DNA of 64,000 bases from contig JAQXJR010000035.1 in the NCBI GenBank assembly GCA_029009055.1, positions 6,196 through 70,195 on the forward strand. Direction: 5' to 3'. A program made the translations under genes and the position numbers. The DNA comes from Eubacteriales bacterium (lineage in GTDB: Bacteria > Bacillota > Clostridia > Peptostreptococcales > Anaerovoracaceae). The notes below the pieces were generated by a model. The model saw only the letters and a list, made by a program, of their open reading frames with translations, did no database searches and had not been told where the DNA came from. Each line of letters opens with the position of its first letter. Within the stretch, counting starts at the first letter, position 1. Below are positions 18,312 through 27,829 of the stretch, in pieces.

Positions 18312-19331
18312 TTAATTCTGCCTTTCTGTCCCAGAATCGTCTGAACGCTTGCCTTTCATGCCGCGCTTCTTCTTTTTCTGCTCCCTTTTCTGTTCGTCAG
18401 AAGTGTGCCGCTCCCAAAAGACTCCGTCGGTATAACCCTGGATGGTCTTATCCGTGTCCGCTGTCTCAAGCCTCTTCTCGGCCCAAGCGCAATACTGCGG
18501 ATTTATCTCTATCCCTATATATCTGCGTCCCAGCTTCTTCGCCGCCACCGCCGTAGACCCGGACCCAGCGAATGGATCCAGCACCAGGTCTCCCGGGTCA
18601 GAGCTCGCCAATATCAACTTAGCCAGCAGCTTCTCCGGCTTCTGGGTCGGGTGAGCGGTGTTCTCAGGCATAGACCAGTATGGCACAGAAATGTCATCCC
18701 AGAAATTAGAGGCGTACGTATTGCGAAAATTCCCACGGCTGGTCTCCTCCCAGTCCTTTGGCTCCCCATCCTTCTTATATGGGGCGAGCACCTGCCTCCT
18801 CACCTTCACGGCGTCAGCGTGGAACTTATAGCCATCACCGAGCACGGCGTACCATATATCCTCCATGGAGTTCTTCCAGTTGTTTTCTGTGCCTCTGCCC
18901 TTCTCGCGCTCCCAGGTTATCCTGTTCCTTATGTTGAAATACCTGCCCAGGATCGTGCCTATAAGAGGGCTGGTCTTCCAGTCACAGCAGACATAAACGC
19001 TGCAGCCCGCTTTCAAGGCCGGGAACACGGCTTCTATCCACCTGACCGTGAACCGCTCATACTCCTCCGGACTCGTCTTCTTAAATTTCCTGCCCGAGAA
19101 ATCCTTATCCATATTGTATGGAGGATCCACTATGAGAAGATCCACGCTTTCCTTCGGCAGCCTCTTCAGGACATCGAAACAGTCCCCCAGTATTATAGTG
19201 TCATTCGCTTCTCCCGTGGCGAATGGCGCGTCTGAAGCGTCTCCCCTCAGGCACATGTCCAGGTATTTCTGTCCCTCTTCCAGGCTGAAGTCTATCGTTT
19301 TATTTCTCTCTGATTTTATTTTCTTCCGCAT
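18312..19331 (-). CDS. Solitary site-specific DNA methyltransferase (N4C/N6A, beta class)
   Basis: Motif IV DPPY near the N-terminus, HPTQKP, motif I DPFAGSG near the C-terminus, and GIEIN. Confidence 0.88.
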   Translation of the reverse strand: MRKKIKSERNKTIDFSLEEGQKYLDMCLRGDASDAPFATGEANDTIILGDCFDVLKRLPKESVDLLIVDPPYNMDKDFSGRKFKKTSPEEYERFTVRWIEAVFPALKAGCSVYVCCDWKTSPLIGTILGRYFNIRNRITWEREKGRGTENNWKNSMEDIWYAVLGDGYKFHADAVKVRRQVLAPYKKDGEPKDWEETSRGNFRNTYASNFWDDISVPYWSMPENTAHPTQKPEKLLAKLILASSDPGDLVLDPFAGSGSTAVAAKKLGRRYIGIEINPQYCAWAEKRLETADTDKTIQGYTDGVFWERHTSDEQKREQKKKKRGMKGKRSDDSGTERQN

Positions 19332-19845
19332 TACAGTGTTTCGCTCGATTTACATTAATATTTAGATCCTTGCTTACATTTATAACATATCCGAGTAATT
19401 CTTTCACGCCGGGTTTATCCCTCGCTGCTGCCCGAGCAAAGCCGCGAGCTCTGACTTTGCTCAGGAGCGATCCAGCTTAATACGGCACTTGATTACGGTC
19501 AGCCACAAAATTTCTCCGACGTGTTTTGTATACATGAAACAGAAATAGAACACCCGACTAAAAAAATAAATGGATTTTTATTCATCCGCAATAATCTACC
19601 TTACAAAATAATGTTTGAGAAAAATCACTTTTGTTATATCACACTACAGACATTTTATTTATTTTGTTTTTGACCCACAATATTTTCGGGATTTTTTGAA
19701 AAATCGTTAATAAATATAAACTTTTAGGTGCATAAATTTCCCAACGTGCTAAAATGCTATGGTAACGCTATTCAGGACCGTGACGAAAAACTAGCCGGAC
19801 TTGTTACACGTTATCATAAAATTATTTATTACATAAGGAGTTATT

Positions 19846-21762
19846 ATGGACAAGAAAGAATTCAAGCCTTATGTCCCAGCCAGCTCAGCCATGTCGGAAA
19901 TGACAGCGGCTTCACTCGTACTGGGAATCATACTGGCAATAGTCTTCGGCGCCGCTAACGCTTACCTGGGACTCCGCGTAGGACTCACAGTGTCAGCTTC
20001 CATCCCGGCTGCCGTAATTTCCATGGGTGTCATCCGCTTCATCCTGAAGAAGGACTCCATCCTGGAGAACAATATGGTCCAGACCATTGGTTCCGCCGGT
20101 GAGTCTCTGGCGGCCGGCGCCATATTCACACTTCCTGCCATCTTCATGTGGGTACATGAGGGTTCGGTTACGGAATCACCTAACCTGCTCACTATCGCTG
20201 TAGTCTGCATCTCCGGTGGTATCCTGGGAATCCTCTTCATGATCCCTCTCAGAAGAGCCCTCATCGTTAAGGAGCACGGTGTTCTCCCTTATCCGGAGGG
20301 AACAGCCTGCGCTGAGGTACTGATCGCCGGCGAGAAAGGCGGATCAGCAGCCAGCACAGTATTCGCGGGACTGGGACTCGCTACGCTCTATAAGTTCGTA
20401 GCAGACGGTCTTAAGTTATTCCCGAGCGAGATCGCTACTAAGATAAAAGGAATGAAGGGCGCGGGCTTCGGTATGGACGTACTTCCTGCCCTGGTAGGTG
20501 TAGGATACATCTGCGGACCAACCATCTCAGCATACATGTTCGGCGGAGCTATCCTGGCATGGTTCGTTATCATGCCGCTTATCGCCCTGTTCGGAGGAGA
20601 CATAACCATGTTCCCTTCAACAGTTCCTATCAGTCAGATGGAGCCATCAGCTCTCTGGTCCAGCTATATCAGATACATCGGAGCCGGAGCCGTAGCTGCC
20701 GGCGGTATCATCTCTCTGGTTAAGGCCCTCCCTCTGATCGTCCGCACGTTCAGAGACAGCATGAAGGACCTGACATCAGGAGCTGGCGGAGAAACTACAC
20801 TCGAGAGGACGAACATAGACCTTCCTAATAAGGTGATCATTACGCTCTCAGCCATCATCCTTCTGGTACTGGCCTTCTTCCCTGGTCTTCCGCTCAACCT
20901 GTTCACAGCGATCCTGATCCTGATCTTCGGTTTCTTCTTCGCTACAGTATCTTCTAGAATGGTAGGTCTGGTTGGAAGTTCCAATAACCCTGTATCAGGA
21001 ATGGCCATCGCCACACTGCTGATCTCCACACTCCTGCTGAAGGTAACAGGAAACGGCGGCGCTTCCGGCATGGTATCCGCTATCATGGTCGGCACAGTTA
21101 TCTGCGTAATAGCAGCTATAGCCGGAGATATCTCTCAGGACCTGAAGACAGGATATATCGTAGGAGCTACTCCTAAGAAACAGCAGATCGGAGAGATCGT
21201 CGGAGTCATCGCTTCCGGCATCGCTATCGCTTTCGTACTCAACCTGCTTAACACAGCATGGGGCTTCGGAACAGCTGAGCTCCCTGCTCCACAGGCTACA
21301 CTTATGAAGCTGGTAGTTGAAGGCGTTATGGGCGGAAACCTTCCTTGGAACCTCGTATTCATCGGCGTATTCATCGCTGTAGTAGTAGAGCTCCTGGGCC
21401 TGCCTGTACTCCCTGTAGCCATCGGTCTCTACCTGCCTATATTCACATCATCCGCTATCATGGTCGGAGGAGTCGCTAGATGGGCAGTAGAGAAGAAGAC
21501 AGCTAAGGACGCTGAGAAGCAGAAGACAGCCACGACTAACGGCGTTCTTTACTGCTCAGGTCTCATAGCCGGCGAGGGAATCGTAGGTATCCTCCTGGCC
21601 CTCTTCGCTATCATCCCGCATGGTAACGGAACACTGGCTCAGGCAGTAGACCTCTCAGCAAAGGGAATCTCTCTCGGCGCTCCGGGGAGCATCGTAATAT
21701 TCGCCCTCCTCATAGCATCACTGTTCATGTTCTGCTTCAGAAAGGACAAGGCTTCTAAGTAA
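19846..21762 (+). CDS. Oligopeptide transporter, OPT family
   Basis: AYLGLRVGLTVSASIPAAVISM, LENNMVQTIGSAGES, LPYPEGTACAEVL, SNNPVSGM, SQDLKTG and LPAPQA. Confidence 0.93.
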   Translation: MDKKEFKPYVPASSAMSEMTAASLVLGIILAIVFGAANAYLGLRVGLTVSASIPAAVISMGVIRFILKKDSILENNMVQTIGSAGESLAAGAIFTLPAIFMWVHEGSVTESPNLLTIAVVCISGGILGILFMIPLRRALIVKEHGVLPYPEGTACAEVLIAGEKGGSAASTVFAGLGLATLYKFVADGLKLFPSEIATKIKGMKGAGFGMDVLPALVGVGYICGPTISAYMFGGAILAWFVIMPLIALFGGDITMFPSTVPISQMEPSALWSSYIRYIGAGAVAAGGIISLVKALPLIVRTFRDSMKDLTSGAGGETTLERTNIDLPNKVIITLSAIILLVLAFFPGLPLNLFTAILILIFGFFFATVSSRMVGLVGSSNNPVSGMAIATLLISTLLLKVTGNGGASGMVSAIMVGTVICVIAAIAGDISQDLKTGYIVGATPKKQQIGEIVGVIASGIAIAFVLNLLNTAWGFGTAELPAPQATLMKLVVEGVMGGNLPWNLVFIGVFIAVVVELLGLPVLPVAIGLYLPIFTSSAIMVGGVARWAVEKKTAKDAEKQKTATTNGVLYCSGLIAGEGIVGILLALFAIIPHGNGTLAQAVDLSAKGISLGAPGSIVIFALLIASLFMFCFRKDKASK

Positions 21763-21836
21763 TACTTAGTAAATAAGCGCTTTTAGGCGGAGAGACATTT
21801 GCTTCTCTTCGCCTTTTATTTTAGAATGAACATATT

Positions 21837-22217
21837 ATGGGTAAAAAGATAAATAAAAATGATAACTACCTGGACCTGATTCCATCTGTAAGAGATGGGC
21901 TTAAGTGGAAGGAAGCTGACGGCATCGTCACCATATTCCAGGAGAATAAGGGATTCTTCAACGGTGTGGCTCAGAAGTTCTTCGGCAGGCCTAAGGTAAG
22001 TGAAATAGAGCTGGATAAGTTCGGCAGTTTCGTATGGCTCAGCATAGATGGAGTTAACGACATAGCGAAGATCGGCGAAGCCGTTAAGGCGGAATTCGGC
22101 GATGAGGCGGAGCCGCTCTATGAGAGGCTTTCCAAGTATTTCAACACTCTGGACATGCTTCATTACGTCACGCTGGAACAGCCGGCTCAGGAAAGGACAG
22201 ATACAGAAAATGAGTGA
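21837..22217 (+). CDS. PqqD-family / RiPP recognition element-like small protein
   Basis: NYLDLIP..IELDKFGSFVWLSIDG..IGEAVKAEFGDEAEPLYERLSKYFNTL fits the PqqD winged-helix pattern. Confidence 0.75.
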   Translation: MGKKINKNDNYLDLIPSVRDGLKWKEADGIVTIFQENKGFFNGVAQKFFGRPKVSEIELDKFGSFVWLSIDGVNDIAKIGEAVKAEFGDEAEPLYERLSKYFNTLDMLHYVTLEQPAQERTDTENE

Positions 22218-23664
22218 AGAAATCAACGTCCCAGGCACAGTAGAAGTATTTAAGTTTTTCTCAGAGCTTTCCCAGGTCCCACGTGGATCCAGGTACACGA
22301 AGAAGATAAGCGATTTCCTCGTAGATTTCGCTAAAGAGAGAAATCTCAGCTATTATCAGGATAAGCTGAATAACGTCATTATCCGTAAAGAAGCCTCTGA
22401 GGGCTATGAGAACGCGGATCCTGTCATCCTCCAGGCCCACATAGACATGGTATGTGAGAAGGTACCGGGATCTACTCATGATTTCGAAAACGATCCTATC
22501 TCTATTCATGTAGATGGAGACTGGATGACTGCAGATGGAACCACCCTGGGCGGTGATGACGGCATAGGCGTAGCCATGATCCTCACAGTTCTGGATTCCG
22601 ATGAGATAAAGCACCCTGCCATAGAGGGCATATTCACAGTAGATGAAGAAATCGGCCTCCTGGGAGCTGCCGGTCTGGACGCGAATCAGATCCACGCCAG
22701 AAAGATGATAAACCTGGATTCAGAAGAGGAAGGCATCATCACAGTAGGGTGTGGCGGCGGTGCTGAAGCCGACATCATACTTCCTGTAGCCAGAGAGAAT
22801 AAGAAGGGCCTTAATGTCACACTTAAGATAGACGGCCTCAGAGGCGGCCACTCCGGAGCAGAGATCCATAAGGAGCGCGCTAACGCCAACATACTCATGG
22901 GAAGACTGCTCTACGAAGTTAAGAGATCTGTTCCATTCAGCCTGGTAAACCTGGCAGGAGGAAATAAGAATAACGCCATCACTAAGATCTGCGAGGCTGA
23001 CATAGTAATAGAGCCTGTAGATTATGAAGAACTCTGCGATGTAGTAGATCAGGTGGCTAAGGACCTGGCTCACGAATACAGGAACTCTGATCCTGACGTA
23101 AAGCTCAGCGTAATTAAGGGTGAAGTAGGTAAAGCACTGGCAATCACAGAAGGTTCCCTGGAATGCCTGGTAACGTTCCTTATGAACGCTCCTCAGGGCA
23201 TCCAGCACATGTCCACAGACCTGGAAGGCCTGGTAGAAACCAGCCTTAACCTGGGCGTCCTGAACCTGACGGAAAACGAGCTCAGAGGCGAGTTCTGCGT
23301 GAGAAGCGCTGTAGCCAGCAGAAGACATAATCTCCAGGATAAGCTCGACTCCCTGCTTACCAGCCTGGGCGGATATGTAAATATCCAGGGCGAATACCCA
23401 GCATGGGAATATAAGGCTGACTCTACCCTGCGCGACGTCAGCGTTAAGGTATACGAAGAACAGTATGGAGAAGAACCTAGAGTAGAAGCCATCCACGCCG
23501 GTCTGGAATGCGGCCTCTTCGCAGGAAAACTCGGCGAGGACTATGACGCCATCTCCATCGGACCTGACATGGAAGGAGTCCACACGACAGAAGAAAGGCT
23601 CAACATCCCTTCAACTAAGCGCGTTTGGAAGTACCTCACAGGTGTACTCGCGGCAATGAAATAA
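22210..23664 (+). CDS. pepD: Aminoacyl-histidine dipeptidase (M20)
   Basis: ILQAHIDMVCEK, TTLGGDDGIG, FTVDEEIGL, NLDSEE, GGHSG and IHAGLECG. The true start is ATG 22210 (MSEEI), overlapping the pqqD-like gene. Confidence 0.92.
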   Translation: MSEEINVPGTVEVFKFFSELSQVPRGSRYTKKISDFLVDFAKERNLSYYQDKLNNVIIRKEASEGYENADPVILQAHIDMVCEKVPGSTHDFENDPISIHVDGDWMTADGTTLGGDDGIGVAMILTVLDSDEIKHPAIEGIFTVDEEIGLLGAAGLDANQIHARKMINLDSEEEGIITVGCGGGAEADIILPVARENKKGLNVTLKIDGLRGGHSGAEIHKERANANILMGRLLYEVKRSVPFSLVNLAGGNKNNAITKICEADIVIEPVDYEELCDVVDQVAKDLAHEYRNSDPDVKLSVIKGEVGKALAITEGSLECLVTFLMNAPQGIQHMSTDLEGLVETSLNLGVLNLTENELRGEFCVRSAVASRRHNLQDKLDSLLTSLGGYVNIQGEYPAWEYKADSTLRDVSVKVYEEQYGEEPRVEAIHAGLECGLFAGKLGEDYDAISIGPDMEGVHTTEERLNIPSTKRVWKYLTGVLAAMK

Positions 23665-23692
23665 TATCAATTATATATTTCTGTAATGAATT

Positions 23693-23722
23693 GGGCTGTC
23701 CCTACGTAAAAGGCAGCCTTTT
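23693..23722 (+). terminator. Intrinsic terminator after pepD
   Basis: GGCTGTC...GGCAGCC-TTTT. Confidence 0.65.
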
Positions 23723-23730
23723 CACTACTC

Positions 23731-23923
23731 TGTGAAGGGCGGCTTCGCTAAGTCCTCGGGCCAGGCGGTCAGCGCGCTCACTCGCAAAGGACAGAAGCCA
23801 TGGAAAACTCGCTCCATAAGTCGCTCGAACGATCCCATGGCTTCTGTTCTTTTTGCTCGTATCGCTGCTTCCCGCACGCTGTCCCTGCGGAGCCGCTCAA
23901 CCGCCCTCCCCCGAGCATTCACA
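23731..23923. repeat. 193-bp nested palindromic element (MITE/REP-like or structured ncRNA)
   Basis: Nested inverted pairs: TGTGAA/TTCACA, CTCGGG/CCCGAG, GGCGGT/ACCGCC, and a perfect 13-bp core ACAGAAGCCATGG/CCATGGCTTCTGT. Confidence 0.55.
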
Positions 23924-24049
23924 AGTCTACTCTTTGCTCAGTTCCAAACCAATCATCACAGAAAATTCAACTGAATTAAGATAAAATAATTAGCCCCCTA
24001 TATCCCTCCAATGGTAGAATAAAGTGAATATTTATATGGAGAACAATTA

Positions 24050-25111
24050 ATGGATAAGAAAAATGTACGTTCGAAGGTTATTTGGGCGCTGCTTTTCATA
24101 TTAATAATGTGGTTGACTGTTAAGGCAGTCTCGACCCAGGCGGAGGATTTCTCGCTCAGTCAGCTTCTGGACATGATGAAGGACGCGAGGAAGATCCCTC
24201 TCATCCTGGCATTTCTAGCTTCGGCGGGATACGTCATATTCGAGGGAGTCGCCTTGCTGAGGATATCAGCGGAACTCGGCTATAAGAAGCCTGTTCATAG
24301 AGGCATGCTATACGCCGTGGCGGATGTATATTTCTCAGCCATAACCCCGTCAGCATCGGGTGGTCAGCCTGCTGTCCTCTACTTCATGAAGAAGGACGGC
24401 ATACCGGTTCCGGTCGGGACCGCCGCTCTGGTAGCTGACCTGGTCGCTTATACGATCGCGATCCTTATTCTCGGCGCCATATCTATAATTTTCGGCTTCA
24501 AGACATTCACAGAGTTTTCTATATTTTCTAAATTCCTGATCATAATCGGCTATGTCACCCTGACTGGGCTGGCGGTCTTCTTCATACTTCTTCTAAAGCG
24601 GGTGGACCTGCTTAGAAAGATGGCGGACTGGGTCATAAAGCTCCTGGTAAAGCATAATGTCATAAAACAGGAAGAGAAAATCAGAAATAATATCACTGGA
24701 ATACTGGACAGGTATTCACAAGCCACAGATATAATGAATGGCAGGAACAGGCTCACGTTCGACCTGGTAATTATGACCTTGATCCAGAGAGCGTCCCAGA
24801 TAGCGGTCCCGGTCTTCCTTTGGCTGGCTATATGCCCGGCGGGTATGGGGCGCCTCGCCCTGAGGGCCTTCTTCGTGCAATGCTTTGCTGTATTAGGCTC
24901 CAACTGCATGCCGGTACCGGGCGCCATGGGCGTGATAGACATGCTGATGTATGACGGCTTCAACGAATTCATGAGCCCCGCCACAGCCGTTAAATTCGAG
25001 ATATTGAGCCGCGGCATAAGTTTCTATATCTCAGTCGCCCTGAGCCTGCTGATCGTCGCTGTCGGCTACATCATAAGCCTGATCCATAAGAATCGGCTGG
25101 CGGAGAATTGA
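24050..25111 (+). CDS. Lysylphosphatidylglycerol synthase TM-domain (UPF0104 flippase-like) protein
   Basis: Multi-TM protein with YFSAITPSASGGQP, PVPGAMG and SRGISFY. Confidence 0.85.
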   Translation: MDKKNVRSKVIWALLFILIMWLTVKAVSTQAEDFSLSQLLDMMKDARKIPLILAFLASAGYVIFEGVALLRISAELGYKKPVHRGMLYAVADVYFSAITPSASGGQPAVLYFMKKDGIPVPVGTAALVADLVAYTIAILILGAISIIFGFKTFTEFSIFSKFLIIIGYVTLTGLAVFFILLLKRVDLLRKMADWVIKLLVKHNVIKQEEKIRNNITGILDRYSQATDIMNGRNRLTFDLVIMTLIQRASQIAVPVFLWLAICPAGMGRLALRAFFVQCFAVLGSNCMPVPGAMGVIDMLMYDGFNEFMSPATAVKFEILSRGISFYISVALSLLIVAVGYIISLIHKNRLAEN

Positions 25112-25162
25112 TAAAGCATACACTTCTATGATATCGTATAAATAAGATACAGCCTTGAATTT

Positions 25163-27028
25163 ATGAAGGATAAAAATATGACGGAAACAACAGATAAAAT
25201 CATTAAAGGTACTGATTTTAAGAAATACTGGTATAAGGACATACGCGAGATAGAGACCATTAAGGAGATGCTCGAGCAAAGCGCTGACGAGTTTTCTGCC
25301 AATCCGGCTTTCTGGGTGAAGTACAGGCAGGGTGCCCCGTATAACGCTATAGATTACAAGGTCCTCCTCCACGATGTCCAGGCTTTCGGCTCAGCCATGA
25401 GGGACAGAGGGATGACGGACATGAAGATCGCTGTCATGGGCGAAGGAAGCTACGAATGGATAGTTTCATACCTCGCCGTCATATGCGGCCTCGGAGTAGT
25501 CGTTCCTGTGGACAGGGAGCTCGAGAGCGAGAGCATAGATAACGTACTCAGAGCAGCCGGCTGCGACACTATGATTTGCTCATATAACGACTGCCATAAA
25601 CTTTCAGATATATCGTCTATAAATAATCTAGTCGTGACAGAATTCTACGGCGACAGAAATAAGATAGACGAACCTCCTGCAGCCCCGGTCCGCGACATGT
25701 CCCCATTCGAACAGGACGGAAGAGACGTTTATTCCTGGAGAGCCCTGCTTCGCGAGGGCGATGAGCTGCTGGAGGCTGGCTACAAGGAATACACGGACCT
25801 GGATATAGACCCTGACGCTCTTGCTGTCATCCTCTTCACATCCGGGACTACGGGAAATCCTAAGGGCGTCATGCTCACTAACAGGAACATCACGGCTAAC
25901 ATAATGGATGTCTGCCGTATAGCCCACATACACACCTGGGATAAGACACTGTCATTCCTCCCGATCCATCATACGTATGAATGCACTCTCGGCATGCTGC
26001 TCGTGCTCTACAGAGGGGCGAGCACGGCTTTCTGCGAGGGACTGAAATACATAATGAAGAACATGAAAGAGGCACAGAACACTGTCATCATCGTGGTGCC
26101 TAGGGTCTTAGAAATGATCCACGGCAGGATAATGAAGACGGTGAAGAAGGCAGGTAAGGAGAAGACCATCAAGAGGGCTATGCGTATGAGCCACATGATG
26201 GGTAAGGCTAATATAAATATCAGCCGGAAGATGTTCCAGGAGATCATAGATAATCTGGGTGGAAAGCTCCGTCTGGTGATAACAGGCGCGGCAGCCCTAT
26301 CGCCTGAACTCTACAGGGACTTCGAGGACTTCGGCATAACGGTCCTCCAGGGCTACGGCATGACTGAGTGCACGCCTCTTATAGCGGGAACGCCGGAAAG
26401 CGCCCGCGGCCAGCGCTACGATAAGGCAGGCTCTGTTGGAACAGTAGTAAACTCCGGCGAAATTAAGATCCTCGAGCCGGACGAACACGGCATCGGCGAG
26501 ATCCTGTTTAAGGGTCCTAATGTCATGAAGGGCTATTATAACATGCCGGAAGAAACGGCTGAAGCCCTGTCTGACGGCTGGCTCTACACAGGCGACCTCG
26601 GCTATGTGGATAAGGACGGCTGGCTTTATCTGACCGGCCGCAAGAAAAATATCATAGTCACGGACGCTGGTGAGAACATCTACCCTGAGGAAGTCGAAGA
26701 CCACCTGAAAGACAGCCCTTATATTGCTGACTGCATGGTATACGCGGCAGGCGAACACGAGGACCAGGTCGGCGTACAGGTATGGCCTGACATGGAATAT
26801 ATAAGGGAAAGTTACGGCGAGATCCCGGAAAGCCATGAGATAGAAAGCATCATAAAGGCTGAGATAAAAGACCTGAACCAGGGACTGGCCCCATTTAAAA
26901 GGATCCGTAAGCTCTATGTCCGTAAGGAGGATTTCATCCGCACGACCACAGAGAAGATCCGCCGCCAGGATAATACCATATCCCATGAAGACGACTACGG
27001 TCTGAACCAGGCGGGTCTTACGGTCTGA
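25163..27028 (+). CDS. Long-chain fatty-acid-CoA ligase (AMP-binding enzyme)
   Basis: ILFTSGTTGNPKGVMLT, QGYGMTE, TGDLG, GRKKN and GENIYPEEVE. Confidence 0.9.
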   Translation: MKDKNMTETTDKIIKGTDFKKYWYKDIREIETIKEMLEQSADEFSANPAFWVKYRQGAPYNAIDYKVLLHDVQAFGSAMRDRGMTDMKIAVMGEGSYEWIVSYLAVICGLGVVVPVDRELESESIDNVLRAAGCDTMICSYNDCHKLSDISSINNLVVTEFYGDRNKIDEPPAAPVRDMSPFEQDGRDVYSWRALLREGDELLEAGYKEYTDLDIDPDALAVILFTSGTTGNPKGVMLTNRNITANIMDVCRIAHIHTWDKTLSFLPIHHTYECTLGMLLVLYRGASTAFCEGLKYIMKNMKEAQNTVIIVVPRVLEMIHGRIMKTVKKAGKEKTIKRAMRMSHMMGKANINISRKMFQEIIDNLGGKLRLVITGAAALSPELYRDFEDFGITVLQGYGMTECTPLIAGTPESARGQRYDKAGSVGTVVNSGEIKILEPDEHGIGEILFKGPNVMKGYYNMPEETAEALSDGWLYTGDLGYVDKDGWLYLTGRKKNIIVTDAGENIYPEEVEDHLKDSPYIADCMVYAAGEHEDQVGVQVWPDMEYIRESYGEIPESHEIESIIKAEIKDLNQGLAPFKRIRKLYVRKEDFIRTTTEKIRRQDNTISHEDDYGLNQAGLTV

Positions 27029-27073
27029 ACCGGTCTGACTCGAATCAGACTCTGCAATTAATAAAGACACTAA

Positions 27074-27117
27074 ATAAGGCAGCTCCGGATCTTATTCCGA
27101 AGCTGCCTGTTTTTCTT
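27074..27117. terminator. Bidirectional intrinsic terminator
   Basis: AAATAAGGCAGCT-CCGGATCTTATTCCGA-AGCTGCCTGTTTTT. Confidence 0.7.
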
Positions 27118-27175
27118 TGAAAAGCGCTATTTGAACGCAATACGAATATTCTCTATAGCCTTATGCTTTCGGGGC

Positions 27176-27733
27176 TCAGGCTTTCTCCATCTCGTCCCTA
27201 TCGCCTATCCTCTCAATTTTAGACTTCAGCAAATTCACTACTCGGTCCTTATCCTTACCCAGGCACCTATATGGCACTATGAGGGCTTTCATAGGGTCTA
27301 TGTAAAGGTAAACAGCGTCATCCACGAATACCGCGTTAAGCACCTGATCATAAGGGAGCTCGAATGATCCCTCGTCTGAGAAATCATAAACGCCATCCTC
27401 GTTGAATGTGATCTCCTCGTTCTCGGCGTAGAACTTCTTACCCTTAGCCGCCGCCCTGTCGACATTCGCCCTGACGCTTCGCTCCATGATTTTCAGGATA
27501 TTGATCATCCATAAGATAGACGCCACAGCCAGCGTGCCCGCCGTCCACGCTATGAACTGCCTCTCGACCTTCAGCAGGATCATTACGATCACGACCACTA
27601 TCGAAATAGTCGGCAGCAGCAGCCTGGAGTAGAGGATGTTCTTACGGCCTATCCTGTTATGCTCCATCTGATGCATATTGAATTTAATGAAATCTTCTTT
27701 GCTGATTTCCAAAATATATCTCATCTTACTCAT
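27176..27733 (-). CDS. YcxB family membrane protein
   Basis: Two TMs, then EITFNEDGV..LPYDQVLNAV..YLYIDPMKALIVPYR. Start ATG 27733 with RBS GGAGGG. Confidence 0.75.
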   Translation of the reverse strand: MSKMRYILEISKEDFIKFNMHQMEHNRIGRKNILYSRLLLPTISIVVVIVMILLKVERQFIAWTAGTLAVASILWMINILKIMERSVRANVDRAAAKGKKFYAENEEITFNEDGVYDFSDEGSFELPYDQVLNAVFVDDAVYLYIDPMKALIVPYRCLGKDKDRVVNLLKSKIERIGDRDEMEKA

Positions 27734-27829
27734 GTTTTCCCCTCCGTTTACGCGCATGTGTCATAGTATATCCCCGCGGGACTGGCATGTAAAGACTTTG
27801 CTAGAGCTATAACTGTAAGGTTGCTGTAG

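Noticed and set aside
19425-19478. GAGCAAAG/CTTTGCTC hairpin upstream of the methyltransferase
   Set aside because: A single short hairpin with only weak similarity to the 23.7-kb element.
26996-27038. 13-bp direct repeat TACGGTCTGAACC at the end of the acyl-CoA ligase gene
   Set aside because: Real, but most simply a local slippage duplication at the stop codon, with no sign of function.
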